The notes beneath the pieces were generated by a model that was not told where the DNA came from, did no database searches, and saw only the letters and a list, made by a program, of their open reading frames with translations. The position numbers and the translations under genes were made by a program. 53,060 bases of DNA from assembly GCA_002633005.1 (NCBI GenBank), contig NMRA01000745.1, positions 9,841 through 62,900 of the forward strand. Direction: 5' to 3'. The DNA is from Phoronis australis (Eukaryota > Animalia > Phoronida). This document shows, piece after piece, positions 48,501-53,060 of the stretch. How positions within the stretch are numbered: the first letter of the stretch is position 1; every line of letters starts with the position of its first letter.

Positions 48501-51500
48501 GAACTCCTAAAATACAGACGCAAACTTTATGAACAAAAACTGCCAGTGAGGGCACAGTGGAAGCCAAAAGGGCCTGAAACTCGCAATAATTTGTTGTAAT
48601 CTCCATGGAAACACGTCTTCAAATTTTCACAAAGATCCTACACAGGGTTAAGGAGACACATCTGTAGACTCAAAACAACGCCAATACGGGGAGCCAAAAT
48701 TGCCGAACCCGTTCGAATGATAACTTCAGCCACGGCCTTTTCATCACAAACACATTTTGCAATTTTAGGATTGATCATTTGAGTAGTTTAGACGGTAGAG
48801 CTGCGCACCCCAAAAAAGAACACGAAACTGTTAAAAATACCTACTTGGTGGTGCACAATGCGACTAATGCGTCCAAAAAATGGGAAGACATTGTCGACGC
48901 CTTTATAGAAACCTTTTTTCCAAATTTCGTGAAAATCAACCAATGAAGACCGAAGAGGCACCCACACGGGAAAGGGTCACAATCATTGTCGAATTGCTCT
49001 GAAACGTGCCAACATCCGTTGCCAGCTCCACGGGAACAAATCTGTCAAATTCCACGAAGTTCTTGCAAAGGATTAAAGTCCTTCTCTCACGCATTGTTAA
49101 CCTTTATTACATGGTTAGAGGATGTTATAAGGATCCAAGAAGTACCTACCCTATAACTAATACACAATCCGTACTCGAAAAAAGTTTAAATGACCGCACC
49201 ACTCACAATTCACACCCGAAGAACGACCGCCATTTTGAACTTGCCGCGAACCCGGAAGTACAATTCATTCAGGAACCCAGGCCGAGAAAACGCCGTCAGT
49301 GCGACTGGAGCAGTGCCTGTACTGTTACCAGCCAGCAAACGGGGATAAAATAATCGACAGCGCGCCTTAATTTTAATAATATCAAACTACGGACAATTTT
49401 ATCGAATTTGCTGAAGAAATGTGGCGAATAAATTTTGACAGAAATTATTTTGCCAGACTCGGGGCCGCAGCCTATCAGACCCCGTGTGGATCGAGACCAG
49501 ACACTGGCTAACGGTAAATGCATGCAGTTGCAAGCTGTTTTGTCGAAGAAAAATGGTCAAATCATAAATGCTCCATATATTCAAGGGTAGTTTCAGACAC
49601 TTGCATGAAATTACGGGCTGGTTAGTCTTGTGTCACACTGCCGCGGCAGACCTTAGCTAGCCTCAGTCACCAGCTACCAGTGAAGACTATCGTCAAAATA
49701 CAGCTTGTTAGTAGGCCTATACAGCTTTGCGCCAAGGCTACCCTTAGGCCTATCTGGTCGCTGGCCACAGCGCTCACTCAAACGAGGTTTATTTAGAACT
49801 TGGGTACTTCTGGCGAACTGTGCAAAGCTATTGGCTTTCAATAGAGATTTTCCCAGACTTTGTATGAGCGCACCAAGCCTAAAAGAATGGGGGGCTGGAA
49901 TTTTTGGGAATGTCTATCTTTTGCTATAAGATTCAGTGGGTATGTTCAGTGCTATGAATTGCAGACTCTAAATTTTGGTACTTCCTGTTTTCTAGTGGAA
50001 TATTGTCTCATTTTCTACTTTTTTTTGGAATTCGTGCTTCTGTGACTGAGGCAGACCTTTTTTCCAGTTCTCCAAAAAGGGGGCTCGTTGGAGCACATAA
50101 GTATGACAAGTCCAATACAACATATTATCATTTTTTATTCATTACGCCAAAATGATTCAAACTTTTAACATAATAAGAAACTTAAAATGCACAATACTTT
50201 ATATTATTTAGCATTACAAACACTATTCAACAGCAACAGTTTCCATGATATGAAAGTGGACAAACATGTTACTATTACCATGGTGACCGAATAGTGATTC
50301 CTTACACCAGAATTTGACAAGCATCATTTCAAAAAATATGAAGTTGCAAGGAACAAGAATTAGAGGCTTGAAGCTTCACAATACAACATAGCTTATTTCT
50401 CAAATTAAGATTAGTCATATTGTTGACTTGATAACCTGAATTAAAAAGCAATAAATTACAAAACATGACTTGAAAGCAATTGAGACTTAAAATTTTGAAA
50501 AATATGAATCATTTTGTGACACCGAATCAAGTCTTGAACATCAGTTGACAGTCAAACAAAAAACCATTTCAAAATTATTTCAACTATTTTTTTAACTTAG
50601 TGTAAAATCACCTGAATGGGAAATTTACAGTAAAATTGTTCAAATATATCTTATATTTTTGCACAAAAGACACGAAAATTGAACAAAGTTTCTTTTTTTA
50701 GCAACGTTTGTCAAAATGTATCAACGTTAAATCTTCACAAATTACAAAGTAGCCGATTGAACATGCCTTTCAGTTCAGCAAAAGTCGCCATGTTGTCGGT
50801 GCCGCCAGAAATGAGACGAAGTCCAACGGGAATTGTGAGCACAATTATCACTTAATGAGTAACAACTGCGAGGCTGAAATTTGGTGAACACGGTTAAATC
50901 GTGCAGAATAGTAAGTAAAGATATGTGTAACTAAATTTCACCGTAATTTGTTGGCGAAAACAATTTACACAAAGTTTAAAACTCGTAACTTATCCCGCTG
51001 TGCTCCAATATGGCCGACGCGATCCAAACAAAGTGACCCAAATTTCGCCACAAAACTTGCAATAAATTTACACTGCTTGCCCCGATGTTGATACTTTTTC
51101 GATTTTTAGTGAGTAAAATGCACTACCTTTCCGATGATAGCAAAGTACTTTTCAAAACGAGAAAAAAATAAAACCGAAAAATTAGTTTCGACCCATATTG
51201 GTTCCTAGGTTCGACCGGCCTAAGTAAGGAACTAAACACCAAATTAATGCTATTTTAACATACTAAGTGCGCGTAACATTCCAAAAAACATCAACGACCA
51301 CTAACTACAAACTATAAATACACTACATATGCAAACAAATCACGAGATATTACTAACAAAACAAAATAATGAATACTTTTCGAGCAAGCGATAGCACATT
51401 CAGTTACAAGGAAAAAATGGCGGCTTTCAGAACAAGTTCCTGAACTGATGAGGCGGAAATGTGGGTACGGAAATAACCGATGACAACCGGTAATCATACG

Positions 51501-52193
51501 CTCAGAGAGAAGGGTCAAATACTGTTCAAAAATCGCTTTTGGCAAGAAAGGCGAAAAGAATATAAAGAAAGGGTGTCGAAAATAAGATTTTATGTAGTAA
51601 GTATTTTCGGATACTGGAACCACATGGGCAGTTTGAGAGAAGAACTTTAAGGAACGCAAAAACAAAATAGAATTTCCAGTAAGGGTCGCCAGAGTCTGAA
51701 AATCATCGCCAACTACTGTTTCCTCATTAGAAACTCACCTGGGAATTTTCATAAAGATCCTTCCAGCGGTTCGGCAGAAAGAGAAGAGGTCAACAAAAAA
51801 CAGACTTGAAAATTTAATAAAGTGTCTACTAGGTGATTCATGACCGCCAAAAACTTCTGAAACTTGTGTTACAAGTTGTTTGAACCGAAGCTTGTTTTTG
51901 TGACGGAAGGCAAGATTCTAGATTTCTAAGCATTTCTCAATCTCAAGTTTTTTGTTATTTTCCTATCAATTAAAATGTCCGAAAATTGCGACATTCAGTT
52001 AATCAATTATATACATTGTCAAAGTGCTACTCCATCCACATTGGACTACGAAAGCGTGTAGTCTAATTGTACTTACCATATTCGCACCGTTTCCCGGAAT
52101 ACCCGGGGCGACATCTGCAGGCATAGTCCCCTCCACGTGGTCCGCAGGTTCCACCGTTATCGCAAGGGTCAGGGTAACAGGGATCAAGAGGTC
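21280..52193 (-). CDS. Gene A (5'-partial): multi-exon type I transmembrane protein, EGF x6 / CCP(sushi) x3 / uncharacterised ectodomain / TM / cytoplasmic tail
   Basis: 19 AG/GT-bounded exons translated by hand: 52077-52193, 48162-48263, 45207-45380, 44048-44161, 43584-43688, 41826-42011, 38340-38513, 37777-37836, 32129-32262, 31215-31290, 30607-30805, 29919-30053, 29337-29475, 29016-29150, 28545-28684, 26759-26877, 26303-26500, 24115-24313, 21280-21502. Phases match at every junction. The total is 2729 nt with no internal stop. Confidence 0.88.
21726..23397. mobile_element. Non-autonomous Kolobok-like DNA transposon, copy 1
   Basis: TTAA|AGGAGCATGCCGCCCAA … TTGGGTGGCATTCTCCT|TTAA terminal inverted repeats. 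Alignable end to end with 46245-47897 and carries a THAP relic. Confidence 0.8.
24115..24313 (-). CDS. Gene A exon: end of EGF, juxtamembrane segment and transmembrane helix
   Basis: atttag|..|gtgagt; GDLCE…[26 protein letters not shown] followed by basic stop-transfer RKR. Confidence 0.9.
26303..26500 (-). CDS. Gene A exon: end of X domain plus membrane-proximal EGF
   Basis: ttgcag|..|gtaagc; [66 protein letters not shown]. The sixth Cys comes from the next exon. Confidence 0.9.
26759..26877 (-). CDS. Gene A exon: X domain
   Basis: tttacag|..|gtaatc, phase 2-1; [39 protein letters not shown]. Confidence 0.85.
27239..27401. mobile_element. MITE of the CAGTGGCGGAT family, TSD GAACA
   Basis: GAACA|CAGTGGTGGATTTAG … CTGGATCCGCCCATA|GAACA; internally similar to 39043-39201. 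Confidence 0.75.
27582..27652 (-). mobile_element. Degenerate tRNA-derived SINE head
   Basis: A-box-like TAGGTCAATGGTTAGAGCA with a decayed B-box. Confidence 0.4.
28545..28684 (-). CDS. Gene A exon: X domain
   Basis: ccgcag|..|gtatgt, phase 0-2; [46 protein letters not shown]. Confidence 0.85.
29016..29150 (-). CDS. Gene A exon: X domain
   Basis: ttccag|..|gtacag, phase 0-0; [45 protein letters not shown]. Confidence 0.88.
29337..29475 (-). CDS. Gene A exon: X domain with DxDGDxxRCRW motif
   Basis: cttcag|..|gttagt, phase 2-0; [46 protein letters not shown]. Confidence 0.88.
29919..30053 (-). CDS. Gene A exon: X domain
   Basis: ttccag|..|gtgcgt, phase 2-2; [44 protein letters not shown]. 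Confidence 0.83.
30130..30410. repeat. Decayed (CAT/CAC)n trinucleotide low-complexity tract; similar tracts at about 3680-3820 and 52660-52860
   Basis: ATC/ACC/GTC triplet periodicity producing spurious I/T/V/M-rich ORFs. Confidence 0.75.
30607..30805 (-). CDS. Gene A exon: X domain
   Basis: ttacag|..|gtgagg, phase 1-2; [66 protein letters not shown]. Confidence 0.87.
31215..31290 (-). CDS. Gene A exon: X domain
   Basis: tttcag|..|gtgagt, phase 0-1; [25 protein letters not shown]. Confidence 0.85.
32129..32262 (-). CDS. Gene A exon: second half of split EGF and start of X domain
   Basis: tcccag|..|gtgagg; [45 protein letters not shown]. An alternative in-frame donor lies at 32105. Confidence 0.85.
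33747..34913. mobile_element. Harbinger-like non-autonomous TIR element with a nested MITE (about 34378-34529)
   Basis: CAGCCGATTTCATAAAGGTGGTTTAA … TTAAACCACCTTCATGAAATGGGCTG. It has many subterminal AAACCAGG/CCTGGT repeats, and the nested element ends GATTCGCCCCTG. Confidence 0.7.
36075..36750. repeat. Degenerate ~21-bp minisatellite (GGGGAGTTGCTTTCTTGGGAA-like)
   Basis: About 30 diverged tandem units with a recurring GTTGCTTTC core. Confidence 0.85.
37540..37740 (-). mobile_element. tRNA-derived SINE-like element
   Basis: B-box GGTTCGAGTCC within a TPsiC-like stem (GTGGGTTCGAGTCCCGC), followed by a non-tRNA body. No complete cloverleaf. Confidence 0.55.
37777..37836 (-). CDS. Gene A exon: first half of split EGF
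   Basis: ttacag|..|gtaaat; [19 protein letters not shown] (C1-C3). Confidence 0.85.
38340..38513 (-). CDS. Gene A exon: CCP/sushi domain 3
   Basis: tcacag|..|gtaaga; [12 protein letters not shown]…[33 protein letters not shown]. Confidence 0.93.
39043..39201. mobile_element. MITE of the same family, TSD CTGAT/CTGAC
   Basis: CAGTGTCAGATTTAG … CTGCATCCGCCCCTG. Confidence 0.7.
40790..41180. repeat. Dispersed repeat, second copy at about 50750-51160
   Basis: Shared TGAACATGCCTTTCAGTTCAGCAAAAGTC..CATGTTGTCGGTG and GACGCGATCCAAA blocks. Confidence 0.7.
41826..42011 (-). CDS. Gene A exon: CCP/sushi domain 2
   Basis: ttgcag|..|gtaaga; [13 protein letters not shown]…[32 protein letters not shown]. 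Confidence 0.93.
43584..43688 (-). CDS. Gene A exon: EGF-like domain
   Basis: ttgcag|..|gtaaca; [34 protein letters not shown]. Confidence 0.9.
44048..44161 (-). CDS. Gene A exon: EGF-like domain
   Basis: ttccag|..|gtattt; [37 protein letters not shown]. Confidence 0.93.
45207..45380 (-). CDS. Gene A exon: CCP/sushi domain 1
   Basis: ctttag|..|gtaaga; [13 protein letters not shown]…[33 protein letters not shown]. Confidence 0.92.
46245..47897. mobile_element. Non-autonomous Kolobok-like DNA transposon, copy 2
   Basis: ATAA|AGGAGAATGCCACCC … GAGTGGCATTCTCCT|TTAA; same orientation as copy 1. Confidence 0.8.
47545..47727 (-). pseudogene. THAP zinc-finger relic inside the Kolobok-like element (counterpart about 23035-23224)
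   Basis: [11 protein letters not shown]…[15 protein letters not shown]…HLRVCG: THAP C-x4-C, P, W and C pattern with two stops. Confidence 0.7.
48162..48263 (-). CDS. Gene A exon: atypical EGF-like domain
   Basis: ctttag|..|gtttgt, phase 1-1; [33 protein letters not shown]. Confidence 0.8.
52077..52193 (-). CDS. Gene A exon: EGF-like domain, paralogous to 97-213
   Basis: ttttag|..|gtaagt; [38 protein letters not shown]. Confidence 0.93.
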
Positions 52194-53017
52194 CTAAAAC
52201 AAGGTCCCAATCAATCAATGGCTTTTAACTTTCAATAGTCATTGAATAAAACTAATTCGATATTTATTTTCATCCTTGAATAATTGTCAGTGCAATTGAG
52301 AAAAACCGTGTCAATAAAAGGATAATATATTGTTACTTCGTTTGTCCTCCTCAGTCGATAATTCGGTTTATGGTATCGGAAAGCTGACATTAAACCGTCC
52401 AAATAAACAGTAAGCACTGTTTTCATTAGATGTATTCATTCCATTTTAAATTTGATTGGTTGTGGGAAGGTAAACGCGATACGTTGCAACTTAAGTAAGT
52501 TAAAAATATTTGAGTTAAGACGTTTTAAACTGATCGTGTGGAAGCAATGCGTTGTAGCTGACATGGTTTAACGCGGCGTCACAATACACTTTTTTAATGA
52601 ACTGCTGTTGGATTATTGTTTACTGTACAAGGCTATGTTTCTTCATAATGTAATTCTAGTTATCGTCATTCATCAACAACATCACTAAAGTCACCATCAT
52701 CATAAACACCACCATCGTTGTCGTCGTCGTGGTCGCCATTGTCGTCCTTATCGACATTACCGTAACATCAGTATTAGTTAGTATTACCGTAGCTGTGTTT
52801 CCTCTTGTCATTTGGTCATCGTCATTCATCGTCTTAATTATCTTCATCGTCTTTGTTTAATTTCCCAAGGTGTAGCTTTCCATAGTGCTTTCATTGACTT
52901 TCGTTGAAACGGCTGCCATGGGCAACGTGAGAGCAAATTGATCTCCAAATTATTCATGCTCCCATGCACCTCATCCGGCTGCCAGCTTGATGCCAATATA
53001 ACTATCATTAGAGTACA

Positions 53018-53019
<2 letters not shown>

Positions 53020-53060
<41 letters not shown>
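53020..53060. repeat. Poly(T) run reaching the window end
   Basis: 41 T; would be a poly(A) tail on the minus strand. Confidence 0.9.

Noticed and set aside
52120-52140. RGD integrin-binding motif in the EGF loop
   Set aside because: The sequence is RGGD, not RGD.

Overview
AT-rich, intron-rich eukaryotic DNA, most likely from a marine invertebrate (lophotrochozoan-like; inference only). It has two assembly gaps (2306-2407, 14235-14922). The ORF track misses most real coding sequence, but reading the minus strand for AG/GT-bounded exons with consistent phases recovers two genes. Gene A (3' part, 19 exons, 52193->21280, about 908 aa in window) encodes a type I membrane protein: EGF-EGF-CCP-EGF-EGF-CCP-CCP-EGF-[uncharacterised ~330 aa domain]-EGF-TM-cytoplasmic tail with a PPxY motif. 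Gene B (5' part, 13824->97) encodes a probable signal peptide, a vWA domain with an intact MIDAS and an EGF. The last exon of B and the first exon of A are paralogous (95/117 nt identical, with alignable flanking intron), so the two look like tandem paralogues about 52 kb apart. Joined, they suggest an SP-vWA-(EGF/CCP)n-X-EGF-TM receptor family. Introns and the intergenic region contain a LINE with intact ORF1, a decayed LINE 3' end, TTAA-flanked Kolobok-like elements with THAP relics, other TIR elements/MITEs, tRNA-derived SINE heads and simple repeats. No rRNA, genuine tRNA or CRISPR features were seen.
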